Assembly: GCF_964355755.1 (NCBI RefSeq)
Contig: NC_092675.1
Span: 17,270,912-17,334,911, forward strand
Length of the DNA stretch: 64,000 nt
Origin: Antedon mediterranea
Taxonomy: Eukaryota > Animalia > Echinodermata
Direction: 5' to 3'
Positions 1-12,300 of this stretch are shown here, in pieces. Numbering within the stretch: position 1 is the stretch's first letter; every line of letters begins with the position of its first letter. The position numbers and the translations under genes were made by a program. The notes under the pieces are model-generated. The model searched no databases, had not been told where the DNA came from, and saw nothing but the letters and a program-made list of their open reading frames with translations.

Positions 1-558
1 AATGACAAAAAAGTGTTTGTAAAATATTCTCACTTTTTCAACAAATTTTGTTATGTTGTCTTGTCATGATTGTTGTTATTACTTAAACCAGAGAGTTGTT
101 AATTAGCAACTCCCTGATTAAACCATTACAGCAACGCGGTGCTGTGTTTCGATCCACCGCGCCGTAATTGGTAGAATTAAATAATACAATATAACATAAA
201 AACAATACAATCAATTAAGGCTACTTAACCCTCGACTCGAGTTAAATATAAAGGATCTCAAAAAACTAATTGGGTTACAAAAGACGCTAAAATTATGTAT
301 ACACATTGACTTCCGTAGGCCTACAATAAACTTCCACTTATCATAAAAAGATATATTAAAGTATGAAGTACGGTAAACTAAAAAACAGTTTAAAAATTGT
401 TTTAATAAAATAAAATAAAGTATGTTACCCCAGATTATCGTACACGTGGGGTCCGGGTTTTATTTGTGTTTTGATGCCCTACAAATTACGCTACACAAGT
501 CGGAACGATTTTTCATTAATCATTAATAAACATGATATAGTCAATAAAATACTCTTAA

Positions 559-908
559 AGATGTATTGTCCCCCTGAAAAAATAATTCTTAAAAAACATT
601 TTGTTAAATATTCCATTTTAATGTAACATAGGCCAAATAGTAATCCACTTTGACCAAAAATTTGATTAAAAAAATGTATTTACCTGAAAAAAAATGTAAT
701 TTATGCAAAAACTGGTCAAATTGGCTGCCAGCCAATGGGTTTTGGTTGAATTTAACCATTTATTTTGTCATTTTAAATATGAAAACATTATTTGTTTTCG
801 TTTTTTTTCTATGGAAGTGTTTAGCTTTATTAAAACTACAAAAAAAAAATATTCAAAGTCTGATTTAATTAATCTTCATTTTTCATGTTTTTGAGGGACA
901 ATACATCT
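559..908. mobile_element. Non-autonomous DNA transposon, Kolobok-like MITE
   Basis: TIRs AGATGTATTGTCCC...GGGACAATACATCT flanked by TTAA (555-558) and TTGA (909-912). Partial relatives start near 5371 and 61826, with a reverse copy ending near 49185. Confidence 0.65.
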
Positions 909-1197
909 TTGAGAATGGGTGAAACAGAAAATTAACAATATATACGATAACAAAATAATTAACGAAATAGCTATAAAAGCTATACAAAAAGTTCAATTTA
1001 CACACAATAAAAAGGGAATACATTATGTTTATTTTCATTTTAATTACATTTTCAAACACTGCAAACAAAACATATTCATGTTTTTATTGCTGGAAACGTT
1101 GATCGTTAAAATGAAATGTATACGTCACCTATAATAAAAGTTCACGAAGGTCGGTATTTTAAGAGCAAGTGCGAAGTGTAAGAGGGGGGTCTGTTTT

Positions 1198-1213
1198 GTA
1201 TCACTATGGCAGC
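1198..1213. promoter_or_regulatory. Candidate RFX X-box upstream of the Tctex1-domain gene
   Basis: GTATCACTATGGCAGC resembles the degenerate X-box palindrome GTTGCCATGGCAAC. A possible 5'UTR exon donor (G|GTAAG) lies at 1381/1382. Tctex-type light chains are often ciliary genes. Motif match only. Confidence 0.25.
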
Positions 1214-1914
1214 AATATAACAGATCTATCAATATACTCTATTGTCTTTGCAGGGAGTTTTAACAGCTCCTTTAGTCTTTGTACTTGGTAGCTTAATGCA
1301 TGTGACAATAGTATCTGTGAATCTTCTTCATAAGATTAGTAAGAAGCATGAGTCGGTGAGGTTAAAATAACTTATTTAACGGTAAGATTTTATCTTTTTA
1401 TTGGCGTAAAATTTAATAAAACATACAGGGCAAAGCGGAAGATTTGCTTCCTGTATGTAATGCATATGTATAGGCATAGACTCATGCAAATGCTAGGCAA
1501 TTTGGTTAAATCTAAAATAATGAATTCAAACTTTGATAGGAAATCCTCTTATCTTGATATAGATGATATTACAATATAAGTTGTATTTGTAATTGTATGA
1601 TGATCTTCAAAACAAAACAAAAAATCAAATTCGGATTCCTTATACGGACCCATAAAGGCCATATCAATTATTACGAAGAATTTTATTTGTATCAACGGCG
1701 TGGATACACCTCATCATACCTTACCTTATTGACCTCTCCCCTTAAAGAGTACATCAACATTATTTTTGGTCTAACAAGAACAACTGTTCAAATGGGGGAC
1801 AAATGTGATTGTGGAATGGATGTTTTTTTTTAAATGTTATACCGGGTAACCTCTTCAGTCAAAGACTGATTTCCCAGAAGGCCCCAGTTACAGTGGCCAT
1901 GTGAACTATGAAAA

Positions 1915-2479
1915 TACAGATAGATATGTGGTCAAGGACCACTCTATTACATTTTGGAGGCAATCCGGAACACGGTCCCAATTCTGGACCACTTTTTAGT
2001 ATAATTTCAGACCTGCTAGAGTTAAAATATAGGAAAGAATTTTCAAAAGCCGGCGACTAAGTCTTAAAGTAACAAAGTAAACTGAAATTGCATTTTCTCG
2101 AGAACTACTTGTCCAAAAAAATTCATTTTTGTAGAGGCGAGAGTTATAATTTGTGATTTGTAATTTTAAAACATAATTTAATTTACAGGTTTTTTATACG
2201 AGTAGTTTTAAAAAACCTATTTCTTTAAAAATTTACCCGTTTGTTTTTTGCGTTGCTGTTCTATTATTAGTCAACTGATACTATTCTTAGTTGAAAGGCT
2301 GTAGTATAGTAGTAATCATGGAGCTATCTAATTTTATAGCTCTATGGTGTAATTAGCCTAAATCACACACGTCAGCATTAAGACACACACACACACACAC
2401 ACACATTTCCCGGAGAAATCTTATGTAGGAGAATTTTACAGTAGGCGGAGGTATGCACTATCGAAGTGGCTTTCTTGTT
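1915..2479 (+). mobile_element. Helentron-associated non-autonomous element (HINE/DINE-like), 3' portion
   Basis: Reverse-complement match to 41008-41640 and 46945-47115. Contains (CA)n at 2383-2405 and ends in GGCGGAGGTA + GCACTATCGAAGTGG hairpin + CTTGT. Confidence 0.65.
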
Positions 2480-3132
2480 CACAATGCGACTTATAACTAA
2501 AGTTAGTAACTTAGCTCCTAGTAACATAAATTACGGCGTAATACCGATAATAAGCCGATTAAGAGAGTAGCCTACTATGACGTAGGGCTACGTAACCAGT
2601 ATATTAAAGAGTATAATGGTCTTACACAAAACCCATTGGTGCGGTACTACTAGAGCCAGGCGCCACCCCAAAGTAAAACTAACCAGGAGGGGATATTTTC
2701 ATAGATTAAGCATACGATTATGTAAAAGATGTATTTCTCCGACAATTTATTTTAATGAAGATCGTGGGTTCCATTGTTGGGGAGAGAGTGAGGGAGTGTG
2801 TGTGCATAACAAAATGAAGATTTACATTTGTTTAATGTCATGGTTTTTTGGTCAGTTTCGGATTTATTGTTTTTAACACGTCACATATACTATGTTTTAC
2901 CTCCTGTAAGTGGTGAACCTTGAGATCACCGTTGGCTGGGAAAATAAATCATTAAATGTTTATCAACCCTGTTTTCATCACTTTTGGTGTTTTGGTCAAA
3001 AAAGTTACTACATTATACTGCTGTACTTCTTTTAAAATAAATTACATGAGGCATGTTTTTACACGGAGATATATATTAAATAATTATTTTATCTCATTTA
3101 CAGAAATCTAACTATTGGTACAGTTCTCAGAC

Positions 3133-3738
3133 ATGTCGTCAACTCACCGATTGAGTATTGGGAATGTTGAAAGTTTCAACAAAGTGCAAGGGAGCACTGG
3201 AACGTCAAGAAGAATGTCTATCGCATCCAGAAGAAGTTCTGTAACCAACTCCACAATAGGCGAACACTCTCGCTGGAGGCGTCAATCAAGACAAATGTCT
3301 ACAAGTTTCAGATTCAATATGACACAGCAAAGTAAAATGAGCTCTCCTGCTGGAAGCAAACCAGCAAAGCCGATCATCAAAATGGAGAACACTTACAAGC
3401 TCGGTCCAGACCACGGAGAAAAATTCAGACCAGGACAGATCGAAAAAATAATTAAGCACACGTTTGAACAGAATCTTAAGGGAATGAAGTATGAACCAAG
3501 AACATGCGGAATATTTGCTCAAAGACTTGCAGAAGAAATTAAAGAAAAAGTGCGGGAACAAAACTTTAAACGGTATAAAGTGGTTTCACAGGTTTTGATT
3601 AACTCCAAAAATGAGCAAAGTTGTGAAGTGGCCAGTAGAGCCCTCTGGAACACGGAGACGGATAATTTCGCTTCATACACGTACCAGAACGGAAGTTTCA
3701 TTGCTCTTGGTCTTGTACATGCTTCCTATTATGAATAG
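3133..3738 (+). CDS. Tctex1 domain-containing dynein light chain (TCTEX1D1/DYNLT5-like), 201 aa, single coding exon
   Basis: The C-terminal half carries Tctex-1 motifs (MENTYKLGP, RYKVVSQVLI, ASRALWNTETDNFASYTYQNGSFIALGLVHASYYE*). The N-terminal extension is Ser/Arg-rich. Acceptor AG at 3102-3103 precedes ATG 3133; AATAAA at 3769-3774. Confidence 0.9.
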   Translation: MSSTHRLSIGNVESFNKVQGSTGTSRRMSIASRRSSVTNSTIGEHSRWRRQSRQMSTSFRFNMTQQSKMSSPAGSKPAKPIIKMENTYKLGPDHGEKFRPGQIEKIIKHTFEQNLKGMKYEPRTCGIFAQRLAEEIKEKVREQNFKRYKVVSQVLINSKNEQSCEVASRALWNTETDNFASYTYQNGSFIALGLVHASYYE

Positions 3739-4512
3739 TTCAGTCGATACGGTATCATGTCTTGCGACAATAAAACTGCCTGCAGTAATCGTGTCTGCTG
3801 ACGACAACATGCATATACCATAAATACATTAAAAAAAAACATAAAACTCTGTTTACACTATCAAATTTGATGTGACAAAAAAAGTGATGCGCCCATTATG
3901 TACACGATGATGTCATATTACTACCATATTTGGGAACATCACACTATGGGTAGAGAGCTTTACCCTCTAAAATTAATCTCTACCTATACTAGTGTAGAGT
4001 ATCCCACCATATGGATTGCCTGTCAGAAGTCCCTAGATACCGCTCTCTGGTGGCTAAATAATGTGAGGCCAATTTGCTCTTTTGTCCCCGTAAGTATTAT
4101 CTGAAATTGCAAGAAGGCCTAATTTTATATATAGTTTTATTGTGTATATTGACGCATTACCATAGCATTAATGAATTACGAATATTGGTGATTATTCGGT
4201 CAAATTTCCCACTTGGAAAATAAATATAAGGTGGTGTATATTTTGTAAATGAACTCTCCAATAAATGACGATGATCCATCCATCCACGTCATCAGGGCAG
4301 GTTTATTATTTTATTATTCATTTATGACGGATTGTTTTAGATTGGATCAGGTCGGGTGGGATTGAAAGCATAATATATTTTACCACCATCCGAAAGTTGG
4401 GCGTTGTATTAATGTTATAAATGAAATCAAAATTGTATATAGTCATCATGTGTTAAACATGACACTTAATTACCGTTTAGTATAAAAGTGTCAATTAATG
4501 TTTATCATTTAA

Positions 4513-4742
4513 AGATACACTGTCTCTACAGCAGGCGTATTGATTCAAAATCATCAATTTGATTAACTATCATTTTGTTCATTGCATGCATCATCAAAGC
4601 GTGAGATTGTTTGGTAAAACAGACATTGTGTCATTATTGAAAAAAAAAAATTAAAACTAATTATGTATTTTAATAATAATGATACTGATAAATTAATCTT
4701 TTTAGATATCACTTTACAGATTAGTTAAGAGACAGTGTATCT
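4513..4742. mobile_element. Kolobok-like MITE
   Basis: TTAA|AGATACACTGTCTCT...AGAGACAGTGTATCT|TTAG terminal inverted repeats. Confidence 0.6.
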
Positions 4743-6320
4743 TTAGTAATTATTGTGATTACAGTGGCCAATTTGTGTGTTTAAAAAAAAATATAAATTG
4801 TTTTTTAAAACAGTGTTGTTGTTTCTGTACTTTCTTTGTTTGACACCTGTGTTTCTGAAGCTGCTATATCATTTATAAGACATCCATGATGATGATGGTG
4901 ACGACGATAATGATGACGATATTAATGATGACGATGATGATGAAAATAGAGTACTGTACTTCTTTCTGTATTAAAAATTATTAACAGCGCCCTCTGGCGT
5001 GTCTAGTTGTTAAAGGCCCAGGTGCAGCAAAACATTCTATTGATCATTTCTATTATAGGACAAGCTTGTCATATGTTTCTATATGAATTATTAGTATGAT
5101 GTTGACGTGTATGCTTTTTTAAATAAAGCATTTAATTATCATCAGTTTATATAAAATATGAAAATTAATTATCATTTTTTGTCCTACATAAAAAATGTTG
5201 CAAATAGAGAAAGTTTCCTTTCAAAATATATGAAGAGAATTCATTGTATGTTATAAAATAAATGTCCATAAAAATGCGATATCGATAAATTATAATAATG
5301 TTTGGTAGGTGGTGTAGAACAAGAAATATTTCTTACAAAAACGCTGGTCGCTTAATGACGTAACAGTTTAAAAGATATATTGTCCCTCTGAAAAATATTT
5401 TTTATTTCAAATTTGTTTTTGAATGTGTCGATAATACTGTAGTTATTTTACCTGAAAAATGTAATTTAAAGCAAAAAATACTTAAATTGTCTGTCAGACA
5501 ATGGTTTTGGGGTTATAATTAAACGTTCTCTTTTTATACGTAAATAAATATTATTTTTTTGTTACAGAAGTGAATAACTTTGATATGAAACACAGACTCA
5601 ATTTCTGTCACTTTTTAGTTTATTTTATTGCTAAGGCCAAGGTCAAGTCTGGGGGTCACTTCATCACGCCTAGATACTTCAAGTGTGAAGTATCCTATTA
5701 CAAACAAAAACTTAATGGACTGTCAATAATGATAATAATTCAATGATTATCTGACAGCGAATTACTGTATTAGTATATATCGGTCTAGATTGACCGAATG
5801 GGACTCATAAAAACCAGAAAAGCTTTGGGATTTGTAATTTTAGCATGACCTGTCCTAATAGACTCTCTTTCCCCATATTTGTTTGGGTCCAGCAGCTGGG
5901 ATCTATAAATTATATTTGAGTTTACAAATTAGCAAAAACGTCAGCCTCTAGTACTAACTGCTGCTTGCTTTCAGCTTATAAAATAATGATCATCTCTTGT
6001 GACGTAGCTGGCTAGAGCAGCACCGTGAAAAAACTATTTTACAATAATTGAACAACAGAGGGGGCTAGACTATATATACAAAAAAATGAACCTTGACTTT
6101 ATTGATTCATCAAGATTATTCAACACGGACGACCGAGCGAGCTAGCTACTACACACGGCGACTGATGATGATGGTAGAAGAAGTATTTGTTTGTTAAATT
6201 TAAATTGATTATAGACTTACAACTGTGCAGAATGGTATACTACATAATATATAGGGTTATAATAGATACTTTAATAAAATATATGATTATTTAAATGTTA
6301 AATTTGATGTGTACGTCATC

Positions 6321-9300
6321 ATGTCTGAAAAACTACCAAGGAAGAGTCGGCATTCACGAGAAGAAGACGGACCTACGAGTGCGTTGTTGGCTGTTTTTAA
6401 ACCACCAAGACGCAGATATTCAACGTCCAACTGTGATTCAAACAATGATAATTTTTATGATGGATCCAGTACAGGAATGTACGAAAACTCATCCTCTCCT
6501 GGTGCTTACATAAGAGTAGGACATGCGACGAACGTAAAACATGTTCAAGGAATAAACCCTGAGATAGTACATGCAATAAAAGCAATTGATAATGAACTTG
6601 CTAGGCCCAATATTTCAAACCAAGACACAGTGGATGGAAACGTTCAGTCACATCTTGGTTCGTCTAAAAGAATGAAAATGAATAGTGTTCAAGAACGTGA
6701 AATCCAAGGAGGTGCTTACTTACTCAGAACTGTAGAAATTCATAAAGTTTCTGGTGAAAAATTAGGATTTTATATTCGAGAAGGAAACGGAATTGATCAT
6801 AAAAATGGTATTTTCATCACAAGACTGGTTCTTGGAGGAAAAGTTGAGGAGAGTGGTTTATTGCGTGTCGGCGATGAAGTTCTTTACGTTAACAGTATAC
6901 GTGTTTCTGGTAAAACACTCGATGAAGTACATGTTATATTACAGATTCCTAAGAGGCTACTAATAACCGTAAAATCTAAACAATTTGGTAAAAGCAAATT
7001 CCAGGATTTGACACGTACTCGTTCTGGTAGTGCCCGATATAGTTCAGATTCGATTAATCATAGTGAAGTTGTTAAACAAATGAAGGGAAATGGATTGAGT
7101 GAAAGTGCTAGTCCTCGCACCAACGGAAAGTATTCCAAAGCGTTGTTACTTAACGATGAGCTTCAAACTAAGTTACACTTGAGCCCAGCTGTGAGTATAG
7201 AGGATGATAACCGGAGTAATGCTAGCGAGAGCTCGTACCAATCACGAATAAATAGTTCTTATGAAACGTCGTTTATACAATCTTGTGATCCATATGCCTT
7301 TCCCGGGAATGAACGTGATCAAACATTGTCAAAGATAAGACCCTTATCAGCTATGTTGCCAGATAAAGAATCAAAGAGGTTTGACCTCCTGGGTCATGAT
7401 ACTAAAAGTATGAGCAGACCAGTATCGGCGATCCTATCAAGTACAACAAGTCAAAGTTTTGATTGTGAATTAGAATCAAGAAGAGATATTGCAAATGAAA
7501 AATTGGGTAAGGAAATTTGGGCCAAGTAATTATCATCATTAGTATACATATTCAATTTATTTTATAATACCATTTTCCATTATCAAAAGTAATATATTGA
7601 CCATCAAATGTTAAAATGTCTATAAAAATATAATAATGAATGTAATAGTTGTTGATGTCTCTCAGATTTGAGGTTAGATCACGGAAGAATGAAATTACAC
7701 TCTTCCCTGGTTAGATTTAATAATAGAAATTATTTAAACAAAAATTAATTCCAAACCAAAAAAGATCAAATTGATAATTATTAATAGTTTAAAAAAAACA
7801 CAGTCCATACTGCAACTGGTGCCTTTCCAATTGAATGTATTGTTTCATTCATTCATTTGTTTTTACTTTTGATTCTCATATATCCACAGACTGTACATTA
7901 GTTTTACTTTAATTACAAAACAATTAGCTCTTTCCATATTTATATTTTGAAATATTGTATATTTTATACTACCCATCCATATTTGAACAATTTAACATGT
8001 TTAAATATATTAAATATTGTTATTCAAAATACTCATTAATATTTTATAGATATTGTAATTTAATTCCAGTCAGCGTCACATGGAATAGGATTCAAAAGAT
8101 TTACCTGAAAATTATTTATTAAGCCTAAAATCCTGTCCTCAATAGTTTGAATAGTTTAATGGACATCCTGGGATTAAATCAGTAGAATAATAGGGATTAC
8201 CTGGTCGTTATAGATTTACTATTCATTCTCTCATACAGTAATAATTGATAAATTCACTTCATAATAATAATAAATGTGGTAAACCATCAACCATTGAGGT
8301 CCTGAAGTGTAATTGAGAAATGTAACCTTTTTTAAACATTGACACAGTATTTAACGCAGTAGAATACTGGTCATAGCTTTTATATTCATTCTCTATATAG
8401 AAAATATTTTTTTCTCTTATTATTAATAGAGAATAGAAATTTGTTATAAACACAATTGCCATGATTTTAGAAAGTAAGAAGGTGATTTTCCAATACCTGG
8501 ATTCTGAAATAAGGAACAGAAATACAGTATTATATTTAAATGAAATAAATTGAATAATGTCACTTTTATTTTTTCTTCTAATTTGGAAATTATTTTAATA
8601 AGTTTGAACTTAGTATTATTTGTCTGTGGTTTGGTAGTGGTTTTAATTAATTTATCGCCTCTTTGATATAACCAAAACGTTGAATTAGCACCCAGCTAGC
8701 CACCTGTCAGCTTCCCTACTAACAGGTGGCGAACAATTGCTTCTACCATTCATATTTCTACTAGCTTAGCTTCCAACAGTTAATGGACTTTAAAAAATGA
8801 TTGAATTGGTTATCGAATTCTCTACTTTGGGAAGAGAATAGTGATCTACTTTTAATAGGTTTTTCAATCAGATACTGTACAGTATATCATGGGAAATGAC
8901 AGAATTTAAATTTGTTATTATTATTTAAATAATAGTTCATTCTTACTGTATATAACGCATAAGCAAGCTCTCAATGCACTTCATATTAATACCCCGTTCA
9001 TTTTTTTGTATCAAACACGTATGGAAACATACTCCCATGATAATTCAGCAAGTAATCAGCGCAAAGTTGTGTCTTGATCTATAAAATGTGTTCAAATTTT
9101 AAAAAATAATTTTCAGATAATGTTGAAGGAATGGTGAATTTTGAGGGAAGAGACAAAAGTCATCGTCCCGAGTTCAAACGAAGTTTTAGTGAGCAAATTG
9201 GGGGTCAACACCAAGCAGCTAATCCAATCAGATCAGATGACATGAAAACTGTAAAAAGTGATGAAGTATTTAGCGACACAAAACACAGACACATTTTAAA

Positions 9301-12300
9301 ATTTACAGAGAAGAAAGTTAGAAAATCTTCTGGCGGTAGTCGTTCAATGGACATTGATACAAATCAATTTTTAAAGTATAAGAACGATGTAACATTGCGC
9401 ATCCGAAACAAAAACCTTGCATTTTCGGGGATGTTAACCCTACATGTCCATGGTGGCCGAAAAATGTCTCCTACTCTAAGCACGAAAAAAGATTTACGCG
9501 ACTTGTATTGTATCATTATGGTTGACTGCTTCCACAAAGCAAAAACTGCGAGTATTACAAGTAGAGATGAATTCAACTGGGATGAACGATTTGAGTTAGA
9601 TTTAGAGCAGGCTCAAGAATTAGGACTAATGGTATATTCTATGGATGATAAACTTCAACCTCATCTCTGCCATAAAGCCACCATTCGCCTTATGCAGGTC
9701 CTTATACACCAGAAATACAAATACGAAAACCAGAAACTAGCTATCAAGTTAGATCCCCGTGGATTGTTATATCTAACTATGGGATATATCGAGCGCCAAG
9801 CCACTTTAAAACGTGTTCCGTCACTTGATAGGAAGGGCCTGTTTGGCGTACCTTTGGATGTAGCCGTACGTAGAGAAGGTCTGGCGTGTAAAATTCCTCG
9901 TCTTATCTACAAGTGCACTCAGGAGATTGAACTTCGAGGAATGAGTATTATTGGGATTTATCGTGTTTGTGGGTCTGCGAAGAAGAAGAAGAAACTTCAC
10001 GATGAGTTTGAACGTTCTTCAGAATTGGTTGACCTAAGTTTTGAAAGTTGGCCAGATATTCATGTTATTACAGGTACAGTATTGGATTGGTTTTTCTTCA
10101 TAACTTATAAGGTGTCAATTGTATCACATTAAAGAATTAAATAATTAATAATTTTATTATGAATATCATGAATAACATGAAAGGATGGCTACCAAATTCT
10201 AGCGATATTGGAAAGTAGGATTTACAAAAATGGGTGTTATAAATAACAATACTTTAGTAAAGAGTTGGGTTGGGTGGCTGCTGTGTTAAAATTAGGTCTT
10301 TTAAACTTTAGACTGGGTAGAAGTCTCTTGAAATACAATTAAATTACAAAACATCCATGCATTTTGGTAGTTAATAAAATAAAAAGATGATTTCTCTGTG
10401 GAATTTTTGACTGGTTTGAAATTACCCAAACTCATTAAAAAAAAAGATTTATAATTTCTTAGATTTTATCAATAAATGAATGAAGTACCTGTAAACATTA
10501 ATAAGAAAACTTTTTCCATAACATCAACTTTGAATTGTCTAGAAACATGAGAACATGTCATCCTTTATTTTCTTAAAGGTGTCCTGAAGGATTACCTACG
10601 TGAACTCCCAGAACCTTTGTTCACAAACCGCCTATGCGAGGAATTCATTGCATTCGCCACCGAATCTGACACCCCTTTACCCGAAATGGAAAAGGTCCAC
10701 AGCATGATCAACACATTGTCCCCTGCTAACAAGGTAAGCACAGTTTTGTCGCCCAAGGTTAGCGGATTTCTTTCATACCATGGTGATAATCCTTGGGTAA
10801 AAATTAAACATCCAGGGAAGAAGCCAATGGCAGCCCAACTAATTTATTGTAGGATATTTAAGATTGCTCTCAGTTTGTCTCTTTGTTAAATGTCAAAATA
10901 ATTACAGATGCATAATGGTTCTATTTGCAGTATAAACATTGTATTATTTGTTATAAAATTCAAGTATTAAAGTATCAAGTTATATACAGTATATTGTGTA
11001 GTCCTGATGAAGCAATAGTCTAGGTCCTGGGTAAGAGTTATATGCATGCACTAAAAGGAGAGGAATATTGCAACTGATAATTGATTATTCTCCTAAATTA
11101 AATGCATACAAATCTAATACCCAGGTCCTAGACTATAGTGGATGGTGGAAACTAGGCATTTTCTAATGATTGTTTAATTTATTGTTTGTTTTTTTAATTT
11201 CTTAAAATTAGTTTATTCAGACTTCTATCTATCATGTTTTATTTAATACTCTGCTTTATTTAATATGACAGTATCTCAAAAACACATAAAATCATTTGTA
11301 TACAAAAATGATTATATTTGTTTGACGATAACTATCAGTTATCATTGTATGATTGATCTTGTTCGATTAGCTAAGTATTCCTAAAACAATACTAGTAAAT
11401 CATAACAAGCTTCAAAATGTGAGTTAACACGGCTATTTTAAGAACAGTCCAAATATCAGCATTACAATGATAAAGAGAATAATAGCAGAGAAAAGATAAT
11501 TCTCTGCCAATCACCACAGTTTCGCAAATTAGCAGGGATTTGGTTTGTTAAGTACTGTGAATTACCTGCCGATTTTAATGGTTTTGTTTTAATGCTGTGC
11601 TATAAATTATTACAATTATTATACACAACAGTTTCCACCAAGTATCTGCTTAAGGTACAGGGGATTACACCTGATGTCATTGATTTAATGAGGTTAAATT
11701 GAATCACGTCTTTTTTTCATATTTAAAACAAATTATAGCACAAACTCACATGGCACTGTAAACTTCAAAACATGAACATGACACGGGCCCTTTTTCTGCT
11801 GCCAGAAATACATGTATATTTTTGGTATGTTATGTACAGGATTTTTGACAGCAGAAAATAATGAGTCTCATAAAAATATACCGTATATAATTAACGTGTA
11901 TATCTTGATCGTTTGTGGATATTATGTAGTATATTCCAATATGTACTGTATTTGTAACCCATTTCTGCTGCCAAATATATTGCATATTTTTTTACCCATG
12001 ACACAAGGTGATCTATTTTGTGCCTACTACTATACCTGAATAAATTATATCAGGTATAATCCCCTTCTAACGGGAAGAATATTTGTCGATTAATAGTGAA
12101 AATGAAACCCAAGCGGTGAATAATAGATTGTTTGCACACCAAGCAGAACACCTTGATTAGAGCAACTTTTTTCACTAATTAAAATGTCAGCATTAAATAA
12201 TGATACTGGATAGTTTCTTCCTTGCCATTACAATTCTAAGAAAAGGCATTTATTGAAAAGCAATGCAGAAGAAACAGAAATTGTTTGTATTGTTTATTGT

